64,000 bases of DNA from an uncultured Acidimicrobiales bacterium (GCA_943788915.1 CALSSD010000007.1:124001-188000), one strand, 5' to 3'. Counted from the stretch's first letter, positions 51,201 to 61,013 are shown. Numbers and translations: made by a program. Notes: generated by a model from the letters alone, not told the origin.

Positions 51201-51260
51201 TTTACCACTGATGGGTGAAGGCGACCTTCTCGGTCGCGGCATTGCTGATTCAGGCCGCAT
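48231..51260 (-). CDS. UPF0182 family membrane protein
   Basis: TDYLWF, DPQFGKDISFYVF, YTD, FTHG, PRIYYGE, NYVRNSVK, RYPEDIF. Confidence 0.95.
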   Translation of the reverse strand: MRPESAMPRPRRSPSPISGKARGLLAFIVVGLFALLLSVRGIANFVTDYLWFDAIGYSDVWGQVLASKIILAVIFISLFSVLCWTNLWLADRLAPQYREASPEEEAVMRFREVIGSRWGLVRFAVTGLFAISIGAGAASQWRNWLLFTNSVDFGQNDPQFGKDISFYVFRMPFLNFLASWMFTALMVVLVLTIAMHYLAGGIRIQSVNERVTPQVKAHVSVLLAGMALIRAFTYWLDRYALSYSTDGKFAGLGYTDAKARLPVLDLLILIALLSVVLFVVNIRRKGWGLPAVAVGLWALVSIVMGGIYPIVVQRFSVDPDETTKEAVYVARNIEATKNAFDLGTVDQRVFTYDEDLTGQDVATSELNVPAVPLLDPNISAQTFALQQAERSFFQFDDRELDVDRYVIDGVPTQVLISARELNPSGIPESGWESEVLSFTHGNGLALAPANLVRDSLPTFLIGDVPLENDIEDDVPIDQPRIYYGENMDGYAIVDTDRDEIDSIDGSTRISHNYAGEGGVIAGSFWRRSMFALRFQSIDPLISDFVRDDSRFVWNRNIGDRVEKVAPFLEFDRNPYPVVVDGRILFVVDAYTTTSNYPYAQTRNNLNVGSGSGLRSGFNYVRNSVKVTVDAYDGTVILYVVDSGDPIIAAWQKVFPELLRPMTEMPESLLDNLRYPEDIFTIQTNMWAKYHIDIDETADLLEGSDEWAVAQDPGGVLGADLTSTTNAQGVSSSSEDRVDPYYSLLRLPDDTKQEFVIFRSFVPFSADDQRKELQSFMVGISEVGAQDYGRLVSYEVANVGGDDEAPGPGLVASQITSQEEVSRQISLLNARDEGSSVEFGDLIVVPIENSLIYVRPLYVIATGTKQPNLEWVIVSHADSVVMCHSMADSIRALFGVEVRGLQDGDDDATCVGDVSFNRLTSPSFTPSSDGGPVIGDGPAAEEALKLLDDAKNALLDGDLGQYQTLVEAARGVLAAAEAEAAADAADALTADADAADADDASTEDSDDAGG

Positions 51261-51308
51261 TCGACGTGAGCTTACCTTGACGCCTGAGCGGTTCTCAGGT
51301 CGCCTCGG

Positions 51309-53462
51309 TTATTTCGTGGCTATCGCCCATGGCAATGCTGCTTCGCGAGGCAGCGCATCGCACACCCCAGCCACACACAGCAGGTTTGCCAGCCGGGATG
51401 CAGCATCACCCAAGTGATCGGTTTTGCGTTGACGGTAGAAGGCCCGAACCGGGTCCATATGCAGGTCTGCAGCGTCGACCTTGAGGTCGTCGAGCGACTC
51501 AAGTCGCTGCCGGATCGGCGACACCACAGCGGACTCGAGCAATTCCTCGACTGCACCAGCAGGCAGGTTGCCTTGGGCTGCTTCGGCATCGATAAGCGCT
51601 GCGCCGGCCCCGTAGGTCAGCACCGCAACCTCGTGTATGGCTACGACATACCGGTTGAGGTGGGTATCGATATCGCCAACAATGGCGGTGAGCGCCAGGT
51701 TCTTCTTTGCGGCACGGATACCAGCAAGTAAATCGTTCTGTTCGTCGGCTAGTGCCCGCTTGAGCCGCTTTTCAAGCTGTTTGGCGGCATCGGCGATCAC
51801 TGCGTCGCGTTGGGCCTCGATACCGGGGATGAGATGCCCCGATGTCGCTTCGGCGTTGTCGTGACCATCATCAGTCGCAGCCGGATCCGGCGCTGCGTCG
51901 ACGACCTTGGCTTCCTGTGGCGCGGCTGCCGACGGGGTTGGTCCAGCGATCTTGCCCGTTGCCGCCACGACTTCTTCCTCGGGTGCGGTTTCTTCTTCGA
52001 GTGCCGCATGTTTTGCCGGCGTCAGGGTTGGGGCCGCAACTTTCGTCGTTGCGGCCTTCTTCTTACTCGGCCGCTGAGCACGCAACGAGGCGAACAGCCC
52101 GGGTGCAGCCGGATCCTGTTCGACATCGCTACTAACGGGCACGGCGACAACTTCTTCGATCTCGTCACACGGTTCAACGACGTTCAGGTTGTCGTCTTCG
52201 AGTCCCGCTAGTTCAGCGTCGATCGTGTCCGCGTCCACGTCCGCGATGGCATCAGCCGACTCTGTTGCGAGGTTGGCTGACACCGGTGCAGCGGTGCCAG
52301 CCTGTTTTGCCTCGGCTGCGGCCATCATGGCGGCGATCGGATCTTGGGGAGCCTCGGTATTTGTCGACGCCGTCAGCGCTGGTGCAACAGCGGGAGCCTT
52401 TGGGTTATTCAGTGGTTTGGCGGGAGCACCCTTGTTCATCGCTTCTGAGACCCGAGGTCGACGTGGTTTCGCTGCTGCAGCACCATCGTCTGCCGCGGGT
52501 TCTTGTGTCGAGTCAAGCGGACGAGGGAGGGCAGTCGAGCGCACCGGGCCAGTGACAGCCAGACGCTCACTCGAGGCGGGAACGGGGTCAGAGATCGTGA
52601 TTCGGCCGATCATTTTGGCGTCGCGCAGCTCGGCTTCGAGTTGATCACGTGACGCGGCCGGTTCAGCCGCAATAGCGCGGGCGGCGCCGTCGCCACGGAC
52701 CTTGGCCTCGTTGAGCGACGACTTGAGTTCGACCGTTGTCTCTTCGAGTGTGCGCCGCACGACGTCGTATGAGCGCAGCAGCCGGTCGCGTCCGACCCTC
52801 AACCGCTCGACTTGGGCCCGAGCCTGACGACGACGTCGCTCCATGTCTTCAAGAATCTGCGCACGCGCTTCTTCGGCCTCGAGGATGAGACCATCACATT
52901 CGTCGCGAGCCCGCTCGACTCGGCTGGCAGCCGCTACCAAAATGGCCTCGGCCTCGGCCTTCGCCTGGTTCCGAAGCTCTTGGGCCTCTGCCCGGCCCTC
53001 GGCCACAATCTCAGTAGCGGCAAGCTCAGCCTCGTCGCGTCGTTCGCTGAGGATCGCGTCGGCTTCTGCCCGCATCGCCGTCGCCTTGGCCTTGGCATTC
53101 GCCATCAGCTGTTCGGCCGACTTCTCGGCCGCGGTGACACGTTGCTCACCTGTAGCCCGGGCCGCTTCAAGAACGGATGCAACCTGTTCGCCAAACTCTC
53201 GGTTCAGTTCTGCGGCGTCGTGCGACGGCGCTTCGCGAAGCGCCTGCTCGGCCGTCTCGGCCCGGCGCACCGCTCGACCCAGACGGGTCCGCATGTCAGC
53301 TTCGCGTTGTTGTGCGTCCTGCAACGAGTCCGCTACTGCGCGCAAATACTGCTGGACTTGGCGCTGGTCGAAACCTCGCCGTTCAGTATCGAACGACTGC
53401 TGCACGATCTCGACTGGATCGACAGCGGTATCTAGCGCCTGCTCTGGCAACGGCTCACCCAC
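51309..53462 (-). CDS. DivIVA-domain long coiled-coil protein
   Basis: EIVQQSFDTERRGFDQRQVQQYL (DivIVA N-terminal motif), long Ala/Glu coiled coil, LKRALADEQN. Confidence 0.82.
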   Translation of the reverse strand: MGEPLPEQALDTAVDPVEIVQQSFDTERRGFDQRQVQQYLRAVADSLQDAQQREADMRTRLGRAVRRAETAEQALREAPSHDAAELNREFGEQVASVLEAARATGEQRVTAAEKSAEQLMANAKAKATAMRAEADAILSERRDEAELAATEIVAEGRAEAQELRNQAKAEAEAILVAAASRVERARDECDGLILEAEEARAQILEDMERRRRQARAQVERLRVGRDRLLRSYDVVRRTLEETTVELKSSLNEAKVRGDGAARAIAAEPAASRDQLEAELRDAKMIGRITISDPVPASSERLAVTGPVRSTALPRPLDSTQEPAADDGAAAAKPRRPRVSEAMNKGAPAKPLNNPKAPAVAPALTASTNTEAPQDPIAAMMAAAEAKQAGTAAPVSANLATESADAIADVDADTIDAELAGLEDDNLNVVEPCDEIEEVVAVPVSSDVEQDPAAPGLFASLRAQRPSKKKAATTKVAAPTLTPAKHAALEEETAPEEEVVAATGKIAGPTPSAAAPQEAKVVDAAPDPAATDDGHDNAEATSGHLIPGIEAQRDAVIADAAKQLEKRLKRALADEQNDLLAGIRAAKKNLALTAIVGDIDTHLNRYVVAIHEVAVLTYGAGAALIDAEAAQGNLPAGAVEELLESAVVSPIRQRLESLDDLKVDAADLHMDPVRAFYRQRKTDHLGDAASRLANLLCVAGVCDALPREAALPWAIATK

Positions 53463-53739
53463 GGCACGATGCTATTCCTGTCTGAGGCCCTGATTCGACC
53501 ATGGTGGACATCTTTCACACCCACCACCTGAGCAACATGGGCCACATCAGCATCAGTGCAACCAAAATCACTCGGTCATGTGTCGATAAAACTTTCTGTG
53601 GGACTGGCATATTGGCCACAAAAAGACCGATTCGAGCGCGAAATGTTGCAACTGAGACGTTCCGAAAAGAGCGACGCCACGCAACCTTGCACGATCGGGT
53701 GGCGACCCGGGCGGGACCTCAACTACCGGAATTTCCGGG

Positions 53740-55542
53740 CTACGGCGTCTCTTGGGGTAAGAACCGAGCAACGTCTCCGCCGAGTTCACCCAATGCAACC
53801 AGCGCATCATCCAGGGTGTCGACCCCAATGACGATGATGTCGTCGGCGTACAGGAGCGCCTCTTCATAGTTGCCCGGCATGTCGAGCGGTTCGCCTGTAT
53901 CCCGGTCTACGAAGTTGTCACAACATCGCGGCACAAGGAATACATCAGCACCTGAGCGTTCTGCAGTCACCGTCTTCTGATGGATGCCACCAACGGGACC
54001 GACATTGCCGTCACGGTCGATCGTGCCGGTAGCGACAACACTCAGCCCGTTGGTCAACTCACCTTCGCTCAGCACATCCATGATCGCGAGGGTGAACGCA
54101 AGCCCTGCCGATGGCCCGCTAACGCTGCCGGTGCGCACGTCGATCTCGATGGGAAACTCTTCATCAAACATTGGCAGTGTGCCAATACCAATAAAGGGAC
54201 GCGGGTCTTCGGCTCGAACATCGTCGGGCAAACACGCAGCGTCGGCCGAGCCAAGTGTCAGCGCGACCGAATCAGTGCGCATGGACTGGGTCGGGTTGTC
54301 GGGGTCGATTCGTTCGATCAGCAGGTCGACCTCGTCACCGATTGACTGGCCCATGAGCTGCTCAATAAGTTCCTCGCCACTCAGCACTTCGACACCATTG
54401 ACGCCAACAATCATGTCGCCCGTGCCCAACGTGCCGTCGGCGGCGGTGCAATCGAACACCTGCGCGACCTCGATGCCGATCGGTGTCACGATCAATTCGA
54501 AACCGAGTTTGCGGAGCGCAACAACGACCGCCGCATTCTTTGACACCTGCATACGACGGACATCAGCCGCTCGGAGCTCATCCGCGGTTTGATCGCCCCG
54601 CACGTCGTCTTCGTGGCGGATGCGCACATTGTTGTCGAGCTTGGCGTTGAGCCACTGCCACGGGGAGATGTTTGCCGTCTGGGCGACGGTGACGAACCCG
54701 ATCTCGCCCGTGGGGATCGACACCAGGTCACCGGGTGCTTCGACCAGTTCGATCGTGTCGTAGACCGAACCCGGCTCCAGGCTGTAATACGGGAGACGTA
54801 TGGCTGTACCGGCAATGATTGCCGTTACGACGAGACCGAGCAGGATGCTGAGGGCGATGGCCCATCCGCGGTGGGCTCGATGGAATGATGCCTTCTTGTG
54901 CGCAGCAATGCCATGACGGGGATCATCGGTGATCTTGGCCGTGTCCTGGGTGATATCTCGGTCAGCCGCATTGCCCCGTGAGTTGGTCGCTGGCAGCGCT
55001 GATTCGGCTGGAGTTTGCGAAGCCGTCGTTGCGTTCAATGGCGTGTCACTCGCGGCAGTCGGCATGAGCAACGCCATCAAATCAGTGTTGGGCAAATCAG
55101 TGTCGGGCAAATCAGTGTCGGGCACATCAGTGTCGGGCAGCTCGGCGATCGCGGGCAGCTCGGCGATCTCGGGCGTAGAGTCCGTGCCTGTCGACGGCAT
55201 GGTTGGCACAATGATCGTTGGGGTCACGCTGGTGCTGACTGGCTCCACGTCGGCTTCACCCGACACCGTGGATGTATCGATGTCCGGGTCACCCAACGAC
55301 GTTGGTGCACCAGCCATATCGATCTCAGGGTCACCCAGGGTCGAACCCGCAGCATTGATCTCAGGGTCGCCCAGCGACACATCGGTCACCGGTGCGGTGG
55401 AAGCTGACGACGAGGTAAAAGTGCTGGGAGTCTCCGGGGTCGCCAGATCCTCGTCTGGGTTAACCCGAACTTTCAGCTGTTGCCAAACAACAACACCAGC
55501 GCCGACCACGACGGCAGCGAGCCCAACTCGGCGACGATTCAT
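53740..55542 (-). CDS. YlbL-type PDZ + Lon-like (S16) protease with a long low-complexity N-terminal extension
   Basis: LPYYSLEPG, GDMIVGVNG (PDZ), SGPSAGL, ATGTI...GPVGGIHQK. Confidence 0.88.
   Translation of the reverse strand: MNRRRVGLAAVVVGAGVVVWQQLKVRVNPDEDLATPETPSTFTSSSASTAPVTDVSLGDPEINAAGSTLGDPEIDMAGAPTSLGDPDIDTSTVSGEADVEPVSTSVTPTIIVPTMPSTGTDSTPEIAELPAIAELPDTDVPDTDLPDTDLPNTDLMALLMPTAASDTPLNATTASQTPAESALPATNSRGNAADRDITQDTAKITDDPRHGIAAHKKASFHRAHRGWAIALSILLGLVVTAIIAGTAIRLPYYSLEPGSVYDTIELVEAPGDLVSIPTGEIGFVTVAQTANISPWQWLNAKLDNNVRIRHEDDVRGDQTADELRAADVRRMQVSKNAAVVVALRKLGFELIVTPIGIEVAQVFDCTAADGTLGTGDMIVGVNGVEVLSGEELIEQLMGQSIGDEVDLLIERIDPDNPTQSMRTDSVALTLGSADAACLPDDVRAEDPRPFIGIGTLPMFDEEFPIEIDVRTGSVSGPSAGLAFTLAIMDVLSEGELTNGLSVVATGTIDRDGNVGPVGGIHQKTVTAERSGADVFLVPRCCDNFVDRDTGEPLDMPGNYEEALLYADDIIVIGVDTLDDALVALGELGGDVARFLPQETP
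55081..55173. repeat. Coding tandem repeats (4x15 nt plus 2x ~18 nt)
   Basis: ATCAGTGTCGGGCAA-like x4 (PDTDL) followed by CTCGGCGATC(G/T)CGGG x2 (IAELP). Confidence 0.85.
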
Positions 55543-55719
55543 CGATGTGCTCCTTGGACAACGAGAACAACGTCTCGGGAATTCTTAGGGTCGACTCCCG
55601 CAGAATCGACCGACACGGGTACGACAACGCTCGACCCGCCCACAACGTTTCGTGCAGGTAGGGTGAGGCTCGTTGTGTTGCCCGTGTTCGTAGTCTCCGT
55701 CACCGTGATCCTTCTGGCC

Positions 55720-56073
55720 ATGTGCCAGCAAACCCTTGCTCCGCGTCTGCCATTCCCGGCAACGGTACGCGCTAACACCCACCGAGCGGCAGCGGGTCAA
55801 CGATTCCAGCAGAATCTCCTCTTTCACGCCGCGACCCGGGTGAATCCGGCTGGCGGACCTCGTTCGAGTCGCGAAGCCCGGGGCCGCGGCCGCGACCCGC
55901 TTCGTGACCATCGAGCCGTGGTTGGTTACGACGCTCGAACCCCGTGGTACATCCGGGTTCGATCGCTACTCATACTCATATTGATCGTCATAGGCCTGGG
56001 AATGGCGATCGCGGGCGTCACGCTGCTGATCATCGCGTCCGGACGGTTTCTTCTCGAGATCCTGGCCGGGTAG
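55720..56073 (+). CDS. Hypothetical membrane protein
   Basis: C-terminal PWYIRVRS followed by a long hydrophobic segment. Start uncertain. Confidence 0.6.
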   Translation: MCQQTLAPRLPFPATVRANTHRAAAGQRFQQNLLFHAATRVNPAGGPRSSREARGRGRDPLRDHRAVVGYDARTPWYIRVRSLLILILIVIGLGMAIAGVTLLIIASGRFLLEILAG

Positions 56074-56744
56074 TGGCCGTAACATCAGCGCCTCCCCCGC
56101 CGCCGGAACTCGAGGTCGTCAACCGCCACCGCAACGTTGTCGTCGCCGGACACACCGGGAACCTTGCGCTAGTCGAAGCTCACATGGCTGACCTTGCGCC
56201 GATCGTCCGCGAGGCCGCCCTTTCTGCGCTCCAACGACTCGGAGCATGCACTGTCGACCACATCATCACCGCGATGTCAGACCCTGCGCCACGGGTGCGA
56301 TCTCGGGCTGGCGAACTCGCAGTTCAGGTCGCGAATAGCTCGCCAGCAGCCTTGCTTGGCGACCACGATGCGGCGGTCGTCGAAGTCGCATGTTTCGCAT
56401 GCGGAGAAATGCAGTGGCCCTCGGGAACTGCGCCGACCGAACAGCTCTCACAGATCGCAACGACACACGACGACGCGCTGTGTCGCGAGTCCGCCGCTGC
56501 AGCCTTGGGTGCCATCGGCGACCCGAAAGGCCTCGAAGCAGTTCTTGTCGCGTGCAACGACCGAGTCACCGTCCGCAGGCGGGCGACACTTGCACTCGCT
56601 GCCTTCGATGACCCGCGCGCTGACCTCGCACTCCAACGGGCTCTCAACGACAAGGACTGGCAAGTCCGCCAAGCTGCCGAAGACCTGCTCGAAGTCGGCC
56701 GAGTCCTCGACGCTCCCCCTGACCCCGACGCCTACGCCGACTAA
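56073..56744 (+). CDS. HEAT-repeat protein
   Basis: DLAPIVREAAL, DPAPRVRSRA, DDALCRESAAAALG, DKDWQVRQAA. Confidence 0.85.
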   Translation: MAVTSAPPPPPELEVVNRHRNVVVAGHTGNLALVEAHMADLAPIVREAALSALQRLGACTVDHIITAMSDPAPRVRSRAGELAVQVANSSPAALLGDHDAAVVEVACFACGEMQWPSGTAPTEQLSQIATTHDDALCRESAAAALGAIGDPKGLEAVLVACNDRVTVRRRATLALAAFDDPRADLALQRALNDKDWQVRQAAEDLLEVGRVLDAPPDPDAYAD

Positions 56745-56775
56745 CCCGGCTTTCGCACATGCAGAGACGTTGCCG

Positions 56776-57798
56776 CTATCGGCGTCCGGTGTTCGAACGG
56801 CCCGTGTTCATAAACATGGCCTTGACCGCTTCGTAACTCTCGATGCAACGGCCAGCGCCAAGGACGACACACTCGAGCGGAGCGTCGACGAAACGCACCG
56901 GCACTTCGGCCTCGCGGGTCAAACGTTCGCGGAAACCTCGGAGCAGCGAACCGCCACCTACGAGATGAATGCCGGTAACCAGCAGGTCCTGTGACAGCTC
57001 CGGCGGGGCTTGCGCCAAACACGCCAGCACCGAATCTATGATCGCAGAGACCGGCTCTTCGACCGCTGACCGGACGTCGGCAGGGCTCAACACGATGGTC
57101 TCGGGCAGGCCGGTCATGAGCTGGCGGCCCCTGACCTGAGCCTGGACTTCGCCATCTGTATAGGCAGCGGAGCCGGTAACGATCTTGATTTCCTCGGCCG
57201 TGCGTTCACCAATGGCGATGCCGTGTTCGCGACGGACATATTGCTGAATGGCGGCATCGAGGTCGAACGATCCCACTCGAACCGCTTCGAGTGCAACCAC
57301 ACCACCCATAGACAACAACGCAGACTCGCTGGTGCCGCCGCCGATATCAACGACCATCGAACCGACTGGCTCGTTGATCGGTAAGTCGGCGCCGATCGCC
57401 GCTGCTAGCGGTTGTTCGATCAGTTGAGCTTCGGCTGCGCCAGCACGGCGTGCAGCTTCGATCACTGCTCGGCGTTCGACCGGAGTGATGGCGGACGGCA
57501 CACAAATGACCACCCGGGGCCGGTTAAACCGGTTCACCCCCACACGTTCGAGCAACAGTCGAATCATCCGCTGGGTGACATCGAAATCGGTGATCGCGCC
57601 CTTGCGCAACGGACGCACCGCGACGATGTATTGCGGCGTGCGCCCAATCATCTCCCATGCTTGGTGACCCATGGCCAACACTTCGCCATTGTTCTGGTTG
57701 AGCGCGATGACGGATGGCTCGTTAAGAACGATGCCTTTTCCTTTGGCGTAGACCAGCGTGTTGGCCGTACCCAGATCGATCGCAAGGTCGCGTGCCAG
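56776..57798 (-). CDS. mreB: Rod shape-determining protein MreB (apparent CTG start)
   Basis: (CTG)ARDLAIDLGTANTLVY...NEPSV, VDIGGGTSE, IGERTAEEIK, GGGSLL. Confidence 0.93.
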   Translation of the reverse strand: MARDLAIDLGTANTLVYAKGKGIVLNEPSVIALNQNNGEVLAMGHQAWEMIGRTPQYIVAVRPLRKGAITDFDVTQRMIRLLLERVGVNRFNRPRVVICVPSAITPVERRAVIEAARRAGAAEAQLIEQPLAAAIGADLPINEPVGSMVVDIGGGTSESALLSMGGVVALEAVRVGSFDLDAAIQQYVRREHGIAIGERTAEEIKIVTGSAAYTDGEVQAQVRGRQLMTGLPETIVLSPADVRSAVEEPVSAIIDSVLACLAQAPPELSQDLLVTGIHLVGGGSLLRGFRERLTREAEVPVRFVDAPLECVVLGAGRCIESYEAVKAMFMNTGRSNTGRR

Positions 57799-57800
57799 AG

Positions 57801-58001
57801 TTAACGCCTGGCGTGCTGGTTGGAGCTAACGGGCCAACCAGCTTCGCGTTGCCCCTTGAGCATGGGAGCAACGGCACGTAGATCAGCGGGGGCGTTGCGG
57901 CTACTGAAGCCGCCGCCGCTGAAGCGACTCGCGCCGAAGAGCACACATGAACCAATAACAAAGATCACGAGTGGGATAAGGAGAAAGAGAAGCGGCGACA
58001 T
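57801..58001 (-). CDS. Small single-TM hypothetical protein
   Basis: 66 aa with an N-terminal hydrophobic helix. It exactly fills the moaE-mreB gap. Confidence 0.6.
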   Translation of the reverse strand: MSPLLFLLIPLVIFVIGSCVLFGASRFSGGGFSSRNAPADLRAVAPMLKGQREAGWPVSSNQHARR

Positions 58002-58007
58002 GAGTTC

Positions 58008-58538
58008 TTAATGGTCCGTTAGTGGGGCGTCGGGAAGCGTAACGGAACCATCGGCCGCGATGGTCGCATTGCGCAAATCATCCACTTCGATGATGTGTTG
58101 GGCTTCGAGGCCCCAACTCTCGCCCTGGTCCCATCGTTCACGCTTCCAGATGGGAATCGTGGCCTTTAGTGCGTCGATACAGAACCGGGCTGCGGCGAAT
58201 GCCTCGGGGCGATGCGGTGACGAAGCGACCACAACAACCGCGCTATCGCCGATGACGAGTTCACCGACTCGGTGGATCATGACGAGTCGGCCAACGGCTG
58301 GCCATCGGGTGCGGGCATCGGCGGCCAGTTCGGCAAGACGTGGCTGAACTTGGGCTTCGTAGGCCTCGTACTCAAGCTGGTCAACGCCGCTGCGGTCGCT
58401 GCTGTGGTCGCGGGCCACGCCCGAAAACAGCACCACTGCACCACAGTCTGGACGATGCGCCCAGTCGAGCGCCTCGGTTACCGGCAACGGTTCCGTCGAA
58501 AGTCCGACCCAGTCATCGCCGGAGGTAGGAGTCTGCAC
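58008..58538 (-). CDS. moaE: Molybdopterin synthase catalytic subunit
   Basis: GAVVLFSGVARDH, LEYEAY, HRVGEL, SSPHR, PIWKRE. Confidence 0.94.
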   Translation of the reverse strand: MQTPTSGDDWVGLSTEPLPVTEALDWAHRPDCGAVVLFSGVARDHSSDRSGVDQLEYEAYEAQVQPRLAELAADARTRWPAVGRLVMIHRVGELVIGDSAVVVVASSPHRPEAFAAARFCIDALKATIPIWKRERWDQGESWGLEAQHIIEVDDLRNATIAADGSVTLPDAPLTDH

Positions 58539-58688
58539 CACATCATCGTATACAACCCGACCTCATCGATCGGGTCCACAGAGCGAGTCGCCATAACGAA
58601 CGCACCGCAACCACAACTTCCGGTTGGCCGTTCACCTCGATGAGGGGCGCGGTGAGGGCGAGCTCTATCGGCAGTAGTGTGGCCTCTC

Positions 58689-59913
58689 GTGACCGGGCTT
58701 GATGATGATGACGACGGACCCGAAGAGTTTCGGCCCGTCCCTCATCCCGACGATCGCCTTTGGCGCCATCCATCTGAAATTGCGGCCATGCAGGCTGCAC
58801 ACGCCAACGCGGAAACAGCGCAGATGCCCGTCGTATCGTTGCCCGACCCGGCACCCCGTTCACGACTCAATGCAGGTTTGAAGCTTGCTGCTGGTCTTGT
58901 TGTCGTCGGAGCCGCTGCGCTCACGATTGGTATCGTCTCGAGCCAGCGCAACTCCCCGACCGTGGAGACCAGTAACGCTGCTCCGCTCATGGTCGCCCTC
59001 AATCCAGGTAACCCACTCAGTAATCCGAGGTAACCCACTCAGTACTGAACGCCAAGAACCAGTAGTCACCGAGTTCACGGCCGAAGGCTCAAGCCAGGGC
59101 GAAGCGCTACTGACCGCCCGGGTCCATGACCAGGTCGCAGCCTCGCTGCCACGAATCACTGCCGTGACCTCGGCAGGCATGCGCGAAGGCAGCGGCATGT
59201 TCGTGACCGACAACGGCCACATCGTCACCAGCGCTGGTCTGATCGACAGCGCCGAGTACGTCTTGGCCTGGACCGAAGACGGCCAACGGTGGAAGGCCCA
59301 TCTTGTTGCGACCGACCCGGTCTCCGATATCGCGGTAATCCAAATCGAAAGCGTCGACTGGCCTTCGGTATCACTCGATGTTGGCGCCGACCTGCGAGAC
59401 GGCCAATACGCACTTGCGCTCGACCACGATCATGACTCGATCGCTATCGGCGAAGTCATCAGTGTCACGTCACCGTTGCTCGAAGTCGAACAGTCAGCCG
59501 CCGTCCCTGGTTCCGCAATTATCGACGACACCGGCGCTGTCATCGCCATGATCATCGGCAACGGAACGAACCGCCACGGCGCCCGGGCTTGGATGCTCGA
59601 ACAGGTCACCGTCGACTTAATCACTTCGAGTCGTGCCGCACACAACTGGCTCGGGTTGGTCGTGAGCCGCGAAGCCGCCAAGGACATGGTCGTTGTCACC
59701 TCTGTCGCCGAGGGGTCTCCCGCAGCTCAGGCTGGACTGCGAACCGGCGACTTGATCGACTCATTCGACGGTGATCCGATTGTCGATGCGGCGTCGCTTC
59801 ATCGCCAGCTGCAGCACGCCGAGCCCGGCGAGGATGCCGCACTCACGGTCACCCGTGATGGGAGCCGCCGCATCATCCTGGCCACCGTCACCGAGCTGGA
59901 CCCGCAGGAGTAA
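58689..59913 (+). pseudogene. HtrA-like (TM + degenerate trypsin fold + PDZ) gene frameshifted at an imperfect tandem duplication
   Basis: ORF1 PHPDDRLWRHPSE...TM...NPGNPLSNPR*. ORF2 continues in the +1 frame: GSGMFV, SDIAVI, PDZ GSPAAQAGLRTGDLI. Confidence 0.75.
59001..59043 (+). repeat. Imperfect tandem duplication (21 + 22 nt)
   Basis: AATCCAGGTAACCCACTCAGT / AATCCGAGGTAACCCACTCAGT. Confidence 0.92.
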
Positions 59914-59917
59914 CCCG

Positions 59918-60937
59918 CTAGTTACGCCAGCGGTGAGATAACGCCCGGATAACCGCCAGGAGCGCAGCCGCGCCTGCGCCCGCTCCGCCGAGTGCGATCT
60001 GCTGACGGCGTTTGGCGTTCAGCATTGCCCACGGCCGAGGGTCGAAGCTGTCGACATACGCCTCGACATTTGACCACGACGGCTCCCACCCCAAGGCCCG
60101 AAGACGATCGTTCGACACCACCCATGGTTCTGTGGCGTATTGCATGATGCCCGGCGGTGTCGCCGCGATGCCTCGGTTCCAGCTGAAGCGCACGATCTCG
60201 TCAGCAACTGCACTCGGGATCGGGAGTCGGGGGGCTCGACCAGAAAGTGAACGAACTTCCTCGGCTCGGACCCAACCGTCGGGAGCAACGTTGTACACCC
60301 CGGCTTGCCGTGTCCGCACCAGTAGTTCGACTGCGGCTGCGAGGTCGTCGAGATGCAAGAACTGCAACGGTGGATCGCTATCACTGCCGAGTCCAGCGGC
60401 AAGTTGCATGCTCTTCGCAACCCAACTGGAACGACCACTGGCAACTGCGGTACTCGGGCGCACGATTGTGAGCAGTCCTCCGGTAGCAGCCTGCCACTCG
60501 TTGCCGAGCCGTTCGATCGTGGCCTTGTTCTCGGCAAACGCAAGCGCGCTGGGGCGCACCGGCGCGTGTTCGGTCAGCGGGATCGGGTTCTCGGCTCGGG
60601 CGCCGTAGACCATGGCGCTGGACAACAACACGACCTGACCTACGCCGGCACGAGCCGCAGCATCGAGCGTGAGCTGAGCGGCGCGGGTGTCATGACGAGC
60701 TGCATCAACGAACTCGTTGCGCCCATAGGCCGAGGCCAGGTTGACCAAAATGTCGGCTCCCTCGAGGATCTCGTCGAGATCCAGCGCACGAAGATCACCC
60801 AGGTGGTGTCCTACGAGTCCTTCGGTGGCTGTGCCAACCCGGTCAACGCCAACGACCGAAAAATAATCTGATACAGCCAGAGCTTTCGCAACGCGCGATC
60901 CAACTGCCCCTGCAACTCCGGTGACAACGATTCGCAC
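59918..60937 (-). CDS. NAD-dependent epimerase/dehydratase family protein
   Basis: IVVTGVAGAVG, LSSAMVYGA, QFLHLDDLA, YNVAPDG. Confidence 0.9.
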   Translation of the reverse strand: MRIVVTGVAGAVGSRVAKALAVSDYFSVVGVDRVGTATEGLVGHHLGDLRALDLDEILEGADILVNLASAYGRNEFVDAARHDTRAAQLTLDAAARAGVGQVVLLSSAMVYGARAENPIPLTEHAPVRPSALAFAENKATIERLGNEWQAATGGLLTIVRPSTAVASGRSSWVAKSMQLAAGLGSDSDPPLQFLHLDDLAAAVELLVRTRQAGVYNVAPDGWVRAEEVRSLSGRAPRLPIPSAVADEIVRFSWNRGIAATPPGIMQYATEPWVVSNDRLRALGWEPSWSNVEAYVDSFDPRPWAMLNAKRRQQIALGGAGAGAAALLAVIRALSHRWRN

Positions 60938-61013
60938 GGATATCCCTTCTGTTTGCGGCAATCACCTGCGGGGCGACGACTGATAGTTGAAGGTCGAGCC
61001 TACGCTCATTGTG

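Noticed and set aside
55081..55173. Repeats as a CRISPR array
   Set aside because: No unique spacers, unit lengths are multiples of three inside a CDS, and no cas genes are present.
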